Origin: Dimorphilus gyrociliatus
Taxonomy: Eukaryota > Animalia > Annelida
Assembly: GCA_904063045.1 (NCBI GenBank)
Contig: CAJFCJ010000005.1
Location: 3,094,165-3,158,164, forward strand
Direction of reading: 5' to 3'
DNA length: 64,000 bases
Shown here: piece by piece, positions 48,895 through 60,716 of the stretch
Layout of the letters: each line of letters begins with the position of its first letter
Position numbering within the stretch: position 1 is the first letter of the stretch
The notes under the pieces: model-generated
The model's input: the letters and a program-made list of their open reading frames with translations, nothing else
Databases searched by the model: none
What the model was told of the DNA's origin: nothing
Position numbers and translations under genes: made by a program

Positions 48895-50739
48895 TTACAA
48901 TTGTTCATTCGATATATTGACGAATTCAGTTGTTTCCTTGAAGTTTTCCGACGTAGTATGATTGCTTGTAACTCTGTGTCTCTTCCGATTGAAACCTTCG
49001 AATGCCGGGCAAATTGGAATATACCTAAAATGAAAAAAATATGAAAGTTAAAATATTTATAAATAAGTAGTATAAAATCAGAACAAAAATCCGCTTTACC
49101 TGAAATAACGACTTAATTTCCCAATATTGAAAGGTAGGTCATATATAGATGACACATCGTTCTGTATTTCCTCTTCGCTCTGTGGGAGTAAGCCCCTTTC
49201 TTTCTTTGATCCTGGAACTGTATTATCTAGAAAAAACCCTATTACACCACCAACGAACATGGAAGTAGAAATGAGAACAGTTAATGCTGAATCAGCTGTT
49301 GGAGAACCAGTGTCTATTGCATGAGGATTAGCTTTTACCCATTGGGGAACAGCCATCCCGAAGAAAAAAGAGAATCCAAATATTCCCAGATTTCTTGGTG
49401 AATTCAAATCGACAGTTTTCAATGATGAGATCCCCACTGCAAAGATCATACCAAATAACATAAAGAATGCTCCTCCAACCACTGGTTCCGGAATTGTAAC
49501 GAAAATGGCTCCGAATTTACAAAATACTCCCAAAAAGGACATCAGAAAGGCGGAGACCAGAACGACTGATCTAGAGCCGACCCGCGTTAGGCCAACAACT
49601 CCAACGTTAATACTTGTACTGGTTGTGCCGTTACCAGTTCCAAGTATTCCATCAAAGAAGGAGCCAATTCCCTCAATGAGTATACCTCTATTCACTGCCG
49701 ATGGCGGTGGAGGTGGTGCCCCTGCTAATCGAGCGCATGCGTAATAATCGCCCACTGATTCTACTGTTGTTGCCAAAATACCTGCCATTAAACCTAAAAC
49801 AGCTGGTAGTTTAACTTTGGGAGCCCCCCATTGAAAGGGCCAGGGTAATCTAAACCAAGGGGAATCATAAATTACTTGTAATTTTGCATCCGTACGTGCT
49901 TCATTAGGCAACGTATCAGACATTGTTAGTATCCAACAAAGTAGCCAGGAAAGACACATAGCAATGAGTACTGGAAACATGTTGAATATTTTCGTTCGCT
50001 TTACACTACATCTACTTTTGCTTCGATTATAGGTTGGTAAAGGTACAGCAAAACGAGAAAGGTATAAAGAAAATATCAAAATCAAAACCATAGTAACAAT
50101 GCAAGTTGGCCAATGTTTAGCCCCAAAGTTTGACGCCGGCTGGAATAAAGATAATCCCAATAAAGCTATCGTTGGAGAAATTGAAAGAGGCCCAATATAT
50201 TTCAAAAGATATCCTACCGCGCCCGATAATCCGAAAACTATTTCAATACATGCGACAACCATGAGAGATCCTTGTATCTCTGATAATCTTCCCTGCCATA
50301 GGTTTTGATGTTCAATGCTACCCCTTATAATATCAGTTCCATTTAATGAAATTTCAGAAATATTACCGGAAGCAACAATTCGTCTAGGACATTTCATATG
50401 GGGAAGACTTAAGTACGCCATTGTTGGAGATAATAGAGCGAACGTACCGGCTTGTATAATTGGCAGACGCACACCAAAAACCACTTGAACAGTTGTTATG
50501 ATGCCGCAAGTAAAAAATAACGTTCCAACTAATTTAGCTTGACCTACAATATCATCATCCATACACAAATGGGGACTTAAAACCAAAGGTATAGAAAGCG
50601 TTGCAACAAACATAGCTAAATAATGCTGCAGACCCAAAAGTATACAAGTACAAAGAGGAGGAGTTTGATTTACCTTCCATAAAACCTCCGATGGTTTTTC
50701 ACTCAAGTTAACATCAATATTTTCATCAATATCTCCCAT
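48895..50739 (-). CDS. SLC23A: SLC23 nucleobase/ascorbate transporter; one 1.64-kb exon plus a short last exon (intron 49025-49099)
   Basis: LLGLQHYL, GVRLPIIQAGTFA, IGPLSISPTIAL, ESVGDYYACARLAGAPPPPPSAVNRGI, NAT motif INVGVVGLTR and GFFLDNTVPG. The last exon RYIPICPAFEGF matches the family C-terminus. Confidence 0.95.
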
Positions 50740-52355
50740 TTTAACTTACAAGCAGTCAAGCAGCCCTAAAAAAGAAAAAATGAACAACTATAACTATTGT
50801 TACATCAACGATTGGTTGCTACATATTACTCCCCTTCCTTAAATTGAATCTGACTGATCAGTAGTTAAATAATTGTTTATTTACTTATTCAAAACAAAAT
50901 TTACTTGCTAGTTTCTAATTTTATCTTTTTACAAATATTATTCGGCTAAGGGGTCTAAACATAAATTAAAAAAAATCCTACAATGGGCGTACTACACAGA
51001 GTCTGAATGTAAATAAAAGAACGATATTGTTCTTTTGTTCGAATTTCCCGAGGATATTAGGCCCGTAATGTACGATAGTAAAAAAATTGTTAATTGTGAA
51101 GGAAGCATATTTATATATAGGTAGATAACAAGTTTTCCATATGTTTTTTGAAAAAGATTCTATTTGTAAATATAGTAAATAGAATATTTTGTTAAACGTG
51201 GCTATAAGCCAAATGGAATATTCAATGGACAAAACGATTCTTAACTGGTTAACTAATGCTTTAAATTAGTATAATTTTTTTAAATTAGCTATTTAAAAAG
51301 TATACAAATTGTTAAGTTTTTAGCTTTAAGAAAAAAGATCAAAAAATTTTCGTTCAATTCATAAACGGAAATGATAATAAGAGCTATTTATTTTATTATT
51401 GAGACTTTTAAAATATTAATTTGGAAGGATATTTCAAAAAAATAAAGTTATGATTCCGAAGAATAAGGTGATTACTTCCAGTAGCACTATTAATCTCTAT
51501 TCATCTTACCTAAATCCTGCCGAGCGAGAAATAACACGAAAATACAGAGGTGGAACAAAATTAGCTCGGACAATATTTCCAATCAAGAGTTTTCAATTTT
51601 CTACGTTGTATTTTGATTGGTGGATCTAACGAAAATTAAGGTGTCTATTCTCTCTGCTGGTTGTTTTTCACTGATTACCTATATTTATTTGTAGAGAGCA
51701 CCACAGATGGCGTATGTGATAGTCAAGGTCATGTTGAAAAAATTTTATGACGGTAGGGACATCTATTGAGTTATTTTGAAATATCATTGACGCTATTCAA
51801 ACTTCATTGTCACCAAGTTGTTTAGCAATTATTTGCATATTCTTATTTTATTCTGATTAACTTATTCACGAGGACTTTTTCAGATTACTGCATAGGTACT
51901 CTTCCCTTTTCGTGTAATACCGCAGCCAACAACGCCATCTAGAGAGTAAACACTGAATTTCGAATAGATAAGAAAGAAACAGAGGATAGGCATAATAAGA
52001 TAAAAATGAATTGTCTATCCTATTTATTTCTATCTTATAAAGAAATCTTAAGTAAAAAGATTACTTGCTGAAAAGTTTCAAAGCAACCGTTTTCTTTAAT
52101 TTTAATACAGCATATATAAACAGCTGGTGTATATTTTCATAGATTATAATTATATACATTTTTAAATAAACGAGCAATATATATGTATATATTTTGATTG
52201 TAAAGCAATTTTTACCCTCAATAAAAGTCAATAACCAAACTCTTTGGCACTTTTCCTTTCTTTTACAATAAGAAAATAATAAAAAAAAAAAGATTCGACA
52301 GGAACGAAGAGGAGAAGGAGATTTATCTGTTTCCGTAAAGATTTGTTTGTATAGT

Positions 52356-53171
52356 TTATACAACTTCAATAAGTTCACCGTCGTCCTCTTCATCATTTGT
52401 ATGGGATTGAGGTGGTGGGGCGTAATGGGTATTTTGGTGCACGTGCTGCAGTTGATGCTTTTTCAGATCGCATTGCCTCTTAAATTGTTTAGTACAAACG
52501 GAACATTCGAAATTCTTTGGATCAACATGGGCTAGTAGATGTGTCTTAAGCGATTGTCTATCTGAGAAAACCCTTCCACACGTATCGCACTGAAGTGCAG
52601 ACTCCTGGTTCATATGCAATGTTCTATGAACAGCCAATGTCCTTGCTTGGCAAAAGCCTTTACCGCATTCGACGCAAGTAAAGGGCTTTTCTTTTGAATG
52701 AATGTAACGATGATCTCGTAGGTGGTCCTGCCTTCTGAAGGCCTTACCGCAAACGTCGCAAGAGTAAGGCCGTTCATCCGTGTGAGTTCTTTCGTGAATA
52801 AGTAAATTATAGGACTTCGTAAATTGCCTGTTACAGAATCGGCATATGAATTCTTTTTTTGCTCTCGAAGAAGCTCGACCTCGTCGAGTTTTTGTCGGTG
52901 CCGAGTCCCGTGAAAAAGGTGTCCAACTACTTGTAAATGTTGCGCGGAATCTTTCCTGAAATTGCAGAGCTTGTGCGAGGGCGTGGCTTACGACTTGCGC
53001 ATCACCTCCAAAATCACCAACAGGCGTTTCATCTTTACCGACGTCGATAGCGGACTCAGCTAGCCGAGAGAAGTCGAATTTCTTAACAGTCGGTTCCTGA
53101 TAAGGCGACAGTAGGGGTGCGGGACCATTAGCTAGTGGATAATATGGAGAGTAGAGGACGCTCTGCATCAT
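52356..53171 (-). CDS. Osr: Odd-skipped-related zinc finger transcription factor (5 C2H2 fingers), single coding exon
   Basis: [60 protein letters not shown]...[14 protein letters not shown] is diagnostic of the odd/Osr family. The N-terminal [11 protein letters not shown] motif is also Osr-like. Confidence 0.95.
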   Translation of the reverse strand: MMQSVLYSPYYPLANGPAPLLSPYQEPTVKKFDFSRLAESAIDVGKDETPVGDFGGDAQVVSHALAQALQFQERFRATFTSSWTPFSRDSAPTKTRRGRASSRAKKEFICRFCNRQFTKSYNLLIHERTHTDERPYSCDVCGKAFRRQDHLRDHRYIHSKEKPFTCVECGKGFCQARTLAVHRTLHMNQESALQCDTCGRVFSDRQSLKTHLLAHVDPKNFECSVCTKQFKRQCDLKKHQLQHVHQNTHYAPPPQSHTNDEEDDGELIEVV

Positions 53172-53266
53172 TCACTCTGAAAATAGTATAAAATAAACAT
53201 CAGGGAAAGTCTAGAAAAAATGGTAACGTTCGGCGAAGGACGCCTCAAGAGCACTCAGACGCATTG

Positions 53267-53287
53267 ATTTGCATACGTAATTTGCAT
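53267..53287 (-). promoter_or_regulatory. Tandem octamer (ATGCAAAT) pair near the Osr 5' end
   Basis: ATTTGCAT at 53267-53274 and 53280-53287, about 100 bp upstream of the ATG. Confidence 0.45.
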
Positions 53288-54264
53288 AAAAGAGACTGAA
53301 CAAAGACTCTTAAATTGACACAAGTTGGTGGGAGCGATACGAGTGAGTGCAAGTGTTCCGATTCTACGACTTTTCCACCTAGCTTGAATAAGAAAGTGGC
53401 CGTCCGTCTGTTTGTAAGACTCGTGTGATCTACGCAATTACCCCCCAAGTGCCGACTCGCATTCTTTTCTCAGATCTCGCTAACTTATTCCAAAACACGT
53501 GCAGGGCGCGTGGCCCCTCGGCTAATTACTCCGCTACGAATGTTTCTATTTAATTCAATATTATTTCTTTAATTCTCACGTTTATAAACACTCGAAAAAA
53601 GTTTGCCTCGGGTGTTTAAGACAACTTTTTCCTGGTCGGTTGTTTTAGAAAACTTAAAATTAAACACAATAAAAGGGAAAAAACAGCCGGGTACTTTTAG
53701 CGCAATATTTTATCTAAGGTTTGTAAAAGTCTTTTTATTGCGTAAGAGTAAACTTTGCTTTCCATGTTAAAGTATCAAGTTATTTCAAAGTTCTAAACTG
53801 TTATTATATAAAATAATAATATTAATCTATATTTATCATTAATAATAATAATATCAGAGACATAAACTCTAAGCTGAACCTTTGATATACTTAAACCGGA
53901 CATAATATATAGCTTTAAGACATATTAAAATAATAAGGGTTCCCTAATCCTTTAAAAAATTTAGCCTATATAATACAAATTGATATAATATAATCATAAA
54001 GTTTCTTTAAAATATTATTATATCGAAAAGGATTAAAGACAATAAATTAAAAAAATGTACCAACCGTTTATCAAAGATGATTTAGGAGTATGTAAAACAA
54101 TTTAGTAAAAGCTTTTGATAGTCTCTATAAGGTAGGCCGGAGAAAACAGAGTGAGGTTCGACAGTTAGGAAGGAATGCAGTTGCTGACAAGCCACTGGAA
54201 GTGCTGTATATCTTATAGCACATTTAAAATGCGTAGGCGAGTGATGTCCGCTTAAGTTATCTTG

Positions 54265-54724
54265 AGCCAATCAGCTTTAACTCCGCCTTAGACTCCGCCC
54301 ATATAGCAACGCTCTAAACGCGTGGCTTTGATGAGAAAGCGGCTGATAGCGTCTCTTTGGTCTTTGCAATCATTTAAAATTTTTTATTTTGAATTTCTAA
54401 ATAGTTGATTTTGAAAATTATCTGGTGTGTCTCATATTCAATGGCTTCCGGGACGGAAGTTTATTCGTATCTCAAAATTATTCAGAATTTGACCTACTTA
54501 TGATCTTCCAAAATGAAAAGCTTCGGAAAAGAAAACTACACAATTTTCAACTTCTTCTTCGAACAAATATAGAAGTAAATAGTTGTCGACTGAAGTAGCC
54601 GCTCACTAAAGGTGCCGATAAGTTCTATTCGACTATTTTAATTAAGAAAACTCTAATTAACTAAGAGCGTGCCAAATAGCGCCGGCGTACTTTCGGTGTC
54701 TACAAGACAGAAGTGACGTCACTT
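54265..54724. promoter_or_regulatory. Promoter-like motif cluster: CCAAT box, two GC boxes, inverted ETS pair, CRE palindrome
   Basis: AGCCAATCAG at 54265-54274; CTCCGCCT/CTCCGCCC at 54281-54300; CTTCCG-gga-CGGAAG at 54445-54459; AAGTGACGTCACTT at 54711-54724. Confidence 0.45.
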
Positions 54725-57700
54725 TTGACGCCTGGAAGTGTCAACTGTTAAGATGACGAATTAGGCCTACTTTTGTATTGTGTTACGTGTTTTTGTAGCG
54801 CTTTTCGGTTTTTCTAAACATCTCCCGGTAAGTGCCCGCCCTCGTCGAGACCGTGTCGTGATAAGATTCATTAGATATCAGTAGGGAAATGTCTGAAAAA
54901 GATATTCTTGTATTTCAGCGTCATGTCGTTAAAACCAAACTCGTTAGGATCGTTAGTGACGTCGTTATAATTAAGAAAAAGTAAACCATTACGCCCGGAT
55001 TTATGCAATTATATAGCGGACGGAGAGAAAGTACTCAAGGCAATTTGCCATAGAGTCACCAAACGTCACCGAAGAGCTTCGATCTTGACATGGGATAATG
55101 AGTGGAGATCTTCTCATAAGACCCTGGACGCCCGTGCGAAAGTTTTAGAAAGACAGACGGTTGAAGCCGTTGTTTGGAGAGAAACGTCCCAGAGCAGCAG
55201 TAAAATGCAAATGGCGCTGATTAGACGGCAAAGGAGTTGGCGGCATCTAAACGACCGTCTATCCCTTGTCTCTTGATAGCCGTAGGGATGAGCTAGAGTT
55301 TATAAATCCTGTATAAATGTATAATTATGTATTGCTGTAGTATAGCATCTAAATTAGAAGACATATCGCCTGAATAAATCTTGGTATGTAGTGAAAATCT
55401 ACAAATATAAACATGTATATAATAAATAAGAAAGTTAGAAGGCCGGAGAGCTAGAGAGAATTAAAGAAAGACTGAGAGCGGGGGGGAGGAGAGAGGAGCT
55501 AAGATACTTTCGATCAGATTTCATTCGACACACCGCCTTATCAGCGCGAAGCGTGTTTTTCGGATACAAACAATCTAAGAATAATTACCACTCGTAATCT
55601 TACGAAAACAAAGAAAAAATGATTAACTAGAATATTTTGTATTACTATGGCAACTATTGCACTATTACATACAGTTCAATCGAAGATCAGAGAAAACGCT
55701 TGAGTATTAACATGTCGTTTGCCCAGTCGACCGAATCGAGCAAACATGTGGCCCCTTTCTACACCTAAAGTTACACACTAAATTGAACAAATATATGCGT
55801 GCGTCTATACGTTATCTTTTTAATCTGCTTGCCAAAGGTGTACGCTGATAATGACATTTACTCTGAACGCATTGACGCATTCCGCAAACGGAATAGTCAA
55901 GAGTCAACCTTTTCGCATAGATGCTAAATATATAGATAGATGGACTTTTTATTTCCTTTGAATAGGGAGAGGATGAGGCGCTCTTGAGAAGCGGAAAAAG
56001 GGAATGAAAATTATATGAAATACAGAAAAGTGAAAAAGAAAAACAACCGTCATATATCACTCTATTCAATTCTATTACGTACACTTGAACAATCGGTTCT
56101 CTGTCGAAATTTTACAAGTTTGAGTAGATAATGACAGAGTGACATGTTTATAACATCCGTTTTACGTGGAGGTGTGCGAGTAATTAGTAGAATCCTAACG
56201 AAATCGATAATTGAGATAAGATTTTGACAATTACATGACTATGAACGCTTGCTGCTATCACCTAGAACAATGTTAGTAGTTAAGACGTCTGTCAGTACCG
56301 ACCTACTTGTCTTCAAGTTAATAAAGGACCGTTTGTTACTTAGGCCTACAAAGGCAATTTGGGCGGGAAATTATCAGATATATGGCGGAATCAAACTGTG
56401 TCCTCTCCGATTACGCCTAAAGTGTCGGACGTCCAGTAGAGAACACGTGCGCGTCAGATGCGACGTCCTTATAAAGAAGGATATATATCTCTATTGTCCA
56501 AATAAATAAGTTCTAGGAGCTAAAGTAAGAGTGAGAGGCAAAGAGGAGAAGAAAGAGAGCGCTTGTGAATGGAAGAGGAGGGAAGGAAGGAGGAGAGAAG
56601 AATGGGTGAAATGAACGAAAATATAACGATAGACTTTCCAAAGTCCCCTATAAATCATTCTTTTGATATATATACTATATACAGTATATACAGTATATTT
56701 ATAGTTATATACTATTATATATATTTATATATAACTCTAATTTATATATAGTATATCTGTATCTATCTCTCTATCTTCACCCGTCCCCACTGCCTCCCTT
56801 CTCTGTATCAACAAACATAAAAAAACAGCAAAGAGGAAGAGTTGGGCGGGGAAAAGTCTCATTTTTTTTTGCGGTTTGGGAAAAGCTCTTTTGGTGGCCG
56901 GTTTATGAGCATTAACGCTATAGACGCCCCCTTGGACGTCTTCTTATAGTTTTCGTTGCAAAATATTTCTTAGTGTTTCTTTTTCTCTAAATAATCTTTC
57001 AATACAATTTTTTTAATACTATAAACAGATTAAAATCAAATAAAACGCAGTCTGTATTTTTATTATTTATTGTTATTTATAGTTTTTATGAATTTTGATA
57101 AATTTTTCGCAGTACCAATGATAGAAGAAAGAAAAATTTAATCATTTATTAAAAGACAGTAGCTTTTGGCGGCGTTCTTTTTTTTTCAAGACGAAGAGAT
57201 AACGACAAGTCAATTTTCAAGTCGGCATTAGATGAAAGCGGACAAACAGCCTCTTCAATTCAGATTACATTTCGCATTTAATGACGTCATCTAACCTATG
57301 TAATTCCCCTCTAAGCATACACAATTAAGTTAGTATAGTCTACAAATCTACATTTTAATATTCATAAGGAAACAACAGCTCTAAGATAGATTTACAGCGA
57401 CAGCCCAAGTTCATAAAAGATATTGTAATACTCTTAAATCGCGTAGTCAACATCGTATAAATGTCAACGTTTAGCTGTTCGCTACTACGGTTTAACAGCA
57501 GTTGGCATGCGATGGCTTTAAATCTGTTCAACGACTTAGATAATCTAGAATTTACAACACAGTATTAGCTAAAGTAGCGCGAGAAAAAATTCTTTATATA
57601 CACTATTCAGTATATGGATATACTGAATTATGGGTGCTTATAGTTGTGTTTTAATTGCGTTTTCCCGGTAGACGTCGCCATCGGTTATTGCTTATACAAT

Positions 57701-58595
57701 GCATACATATTCCCTTCAAGCAGTTTTCGCGTTATCATGTACAATTTTATAATCTAATAAGGACTATGTGTGTGGTATAGAATTGACTCGGAAACGGTAC
57801 GGTTTTGTTTATAATTCAATTATGATGAAAAGAACCGCGTTTTTGATTTAGGCCGCTTGGTATACCGAAACTAGTGCCTTTACAACGTATCGTTTATGTA
57901 TACAATATTTTCAAATATCAAATATCCCGCCCGCGAATAGTATCAAAAGAGCCGACGAATATATAAGTAAAAAAAAAAAGAGTCAAAAATAGGCTATGTC
58001 TAAGTTTTAGGCCGTAATTTTATAGATAAGATAAAAAAACCTCTCTATTAATCTATTCTGTCCACAGTTTTTTGCTCAAGAGCCTATATAGTATGTCAAA
58101 ATGACGACTTGTTCAACCACGCTATTGTCAATCAGCTACCGATTTTTTTTCAACTCTTTTAATATATCTATTATTACTTTCCTAATATATTCAACAACGA
58201 TTGTTATTTGCTTTTATTCCCCTATTTCAATACATTTATTCTCTTTTTTCACTTTTTTCTTTCGCTTCTAAATAGAGCCATCTATCGAAGTGAATAGAAA
58301 CAATTCATTTCCTTTTAAGAGTTTAAATAGGGTATAAAAGTGTTTTAAAAAATTAGCATACAAGGACTTTTAATGAATAAAGCATAATGTGTACGTATAC
58401 TTTAAAAGAAAATACTGCATATACTGTACATTGTAAAACGCTGTATAAACGATTTTTTACGTATACTATATCATGTAGAGTTTATGTAGTTTTCATACCT
58501 ACATATTCATTTATATATATACAGTATATTGCATGTGTTTATTTGCATAATATAAATTTAACTAGTTATTATCTTTATTAATCTTTGCGATCGCA

Positions 58596-60509
58596 TCATT
58601 TATAAGCTATATCATTTTCCTCGTCTTTTTTGGTTCGCTTCTTTGAAATTCTTCTAAATGGTGATACGTACTTCCGCCCAAACTCTTCACCTTCTTTTAT
58701 CGTTTCCGGTAAACTGACGCCTAAAGTATCGGGTAGCAGGATAGCTAAAGCAGATGCGGCTAAACTTAAAATTCCAAATATGATTAAAGCAGCAGTTATA
58801 TCCAATCTTGTCATAAAAGGCGCTAATAAACCCCCGATTCTTGCTGAAAACGATCCAACACCTATTCCAACCTGTCAAAGATAAAGTAACTGTCTTACAA
58901 AGATGACTAATTGTAAATTTAAATATGGATTTAATGCAAAATTATGAGAAGTTAGTTAATTTTTTTTACATTTCGGACTACAGTTGGGAAGAGTTCGGCT
59001 GAAAAAACATAGATGATTGTAAATGCTCCACATATGCCGAATCTTCCAATTTGTGAGAGTGCCATTAATAGGACATGCATGTTTGATGGAACCATCAAAG
59101 CAACTAGGCAGATTGTGCCGCAAAGAATATGAAAGAAGGCAAGTGGAACTCTTCTGCCAACAATTACGACCAACGGAATCGCCAATAGACAAGATAAAAA
59201 TTCGCCAAAACCAGCAATAACAGCATTTAAGTACAAATTAACTTTTATCTCCGACGATGTCATAGCCAAACCGTAATAGGTCAAAGATATAACGCACCTA
59301 GGAATATTGATGAAAAATATCTATATATAAACTCTCAATATAGGCTTAATTAATTTTTGCAAACCATTGGAAGCAGATGTTTATTGTTTTCTTTCGTAAG
59401 TTTTTAGTTTTGAATAGATCAAGAACGGATGCTTTAGAAATCGATTCATCCTTTTCCTGATCTTGCTCAGAAAATATGCGTAAATTATCCCAATCGCATT
59501 TATTCCCATTCCACCTAGCTATCTTCTTGAAGATCCTTTCGGCTTCTTCGTATCTGGCCTTGATCAGAAGCCATCTTGGCGATTCATCGATGATCCAATA
59601 GTATGAAAGGAAGACTATTGCGAAGATAGAGCAAGTCAGTTGAAGATGTTTATAATTTTTAAATAGACATGCAAGACCGGAAACAATGACAAAACCAGAA
59701 CAAAAAGGAACTTGATATAATATGCCAGGTATAAGTCTGTGATTTTTTCCAATAGGTTCGAGACCTGTTTTTTTTTATAGATTGAAATACGATTATCGGT
59801 GTCAAATTATATTACATAATATCAACAAATTTACTTACAAAGTACGAACCCGACGGTATATGAACCAGCTGCTCCTATTCCAGATATGGCTCTAAGAAGC
59901 GTAAAAGTCCAATAATCCTGAGCAAATATGGCACAACTACCGAATATTATTACGATTAGGATCGCTATGAGTAAACTCTTCTTTCTTCCTATTTTATCAG
60001 AGATTTGCCCAAAGGAGAACGCTCCTATCATGAACCCTACCATATAAATACTCTGGGCAGTTGCTCTCATCCAGTCCCTATCGCATACCAAGTCCCACTG
60101 GAGAAGACAAAATGTAAGGAATTCGGTCAGTGCACTATTTAGTGTATCAGGCCTAAAAATGTAGTACCCTGGCGTGACATACTAAACGGCATAAGAATAA
60201 TGTTATATAAATTACCTTGGTAACAATGTTAACTCCATAAGTATCTTCATAAGACCAACTTTTACATTTTGTCAATTCTTGTGTTGAAGTTGAATTGTAA
60301 TAGCAAGCATCTACCGAAGTAATATTACTGTTTGTTAAATTTTCCGCTCTATCGCCATCTTTACAATAGAACTTCGGGACAGAAGCGTGAAAAATGTGCA
60401 TCATTGTATGACCTCCACCCAATAATCCAGCCAAGCATATTAAGATATAATTAATTAATTGATACCGACCCCAAGGTCCGACAGATACTAATATCTTTTC
60501 AGGATCCAT
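58596..60509 (-). CDS. SLC22-family organic cation transporter-like protein 1; multi-exon
   Basis: GPWGRYQL, WDLVCDRDW, SDKIGRK, ESPRWL-type DESPRWLL, YYGL, VGRR, AELFPTVVRN and LPDTLG. GT-AG introns link the ORF-track pieces. Confidence 0.92.
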
Positions 60510-60672
60510 TTTCCTATAGTTTTAAAAATGAATTCTTCCTATTATCCTCTTCGGTTGTCTCAATCCCTGCTAACAAAATTATATGTCCAATTTAAATACA
60601 ATATGAGTATTTATCTACTTATATCTAAGTATTGAATAATCATTCTCTTCTAACTCTATATAGGATTTTAAC

Positions 60673-60716
60673 TCTCTCTCTCTCTCTTTCTCTCGCTCTC
60701 TCTCTCTCTCTCTCAC
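60673..60716. repeat. Imperfect (CT)n microsatellite
   Basis: ctctctctctctct...ctctctca run upstream of the SLC22 gene. Confidence 0.8.

Noticed and set aside
55085-55276. 63-aa ORF in the Osr upstream region (also 55812-56084 and 56249-56509)
   Set aside because: Non-ATG or weak starts and no domain or splice support; expected in GC-richer non-coding DNA.
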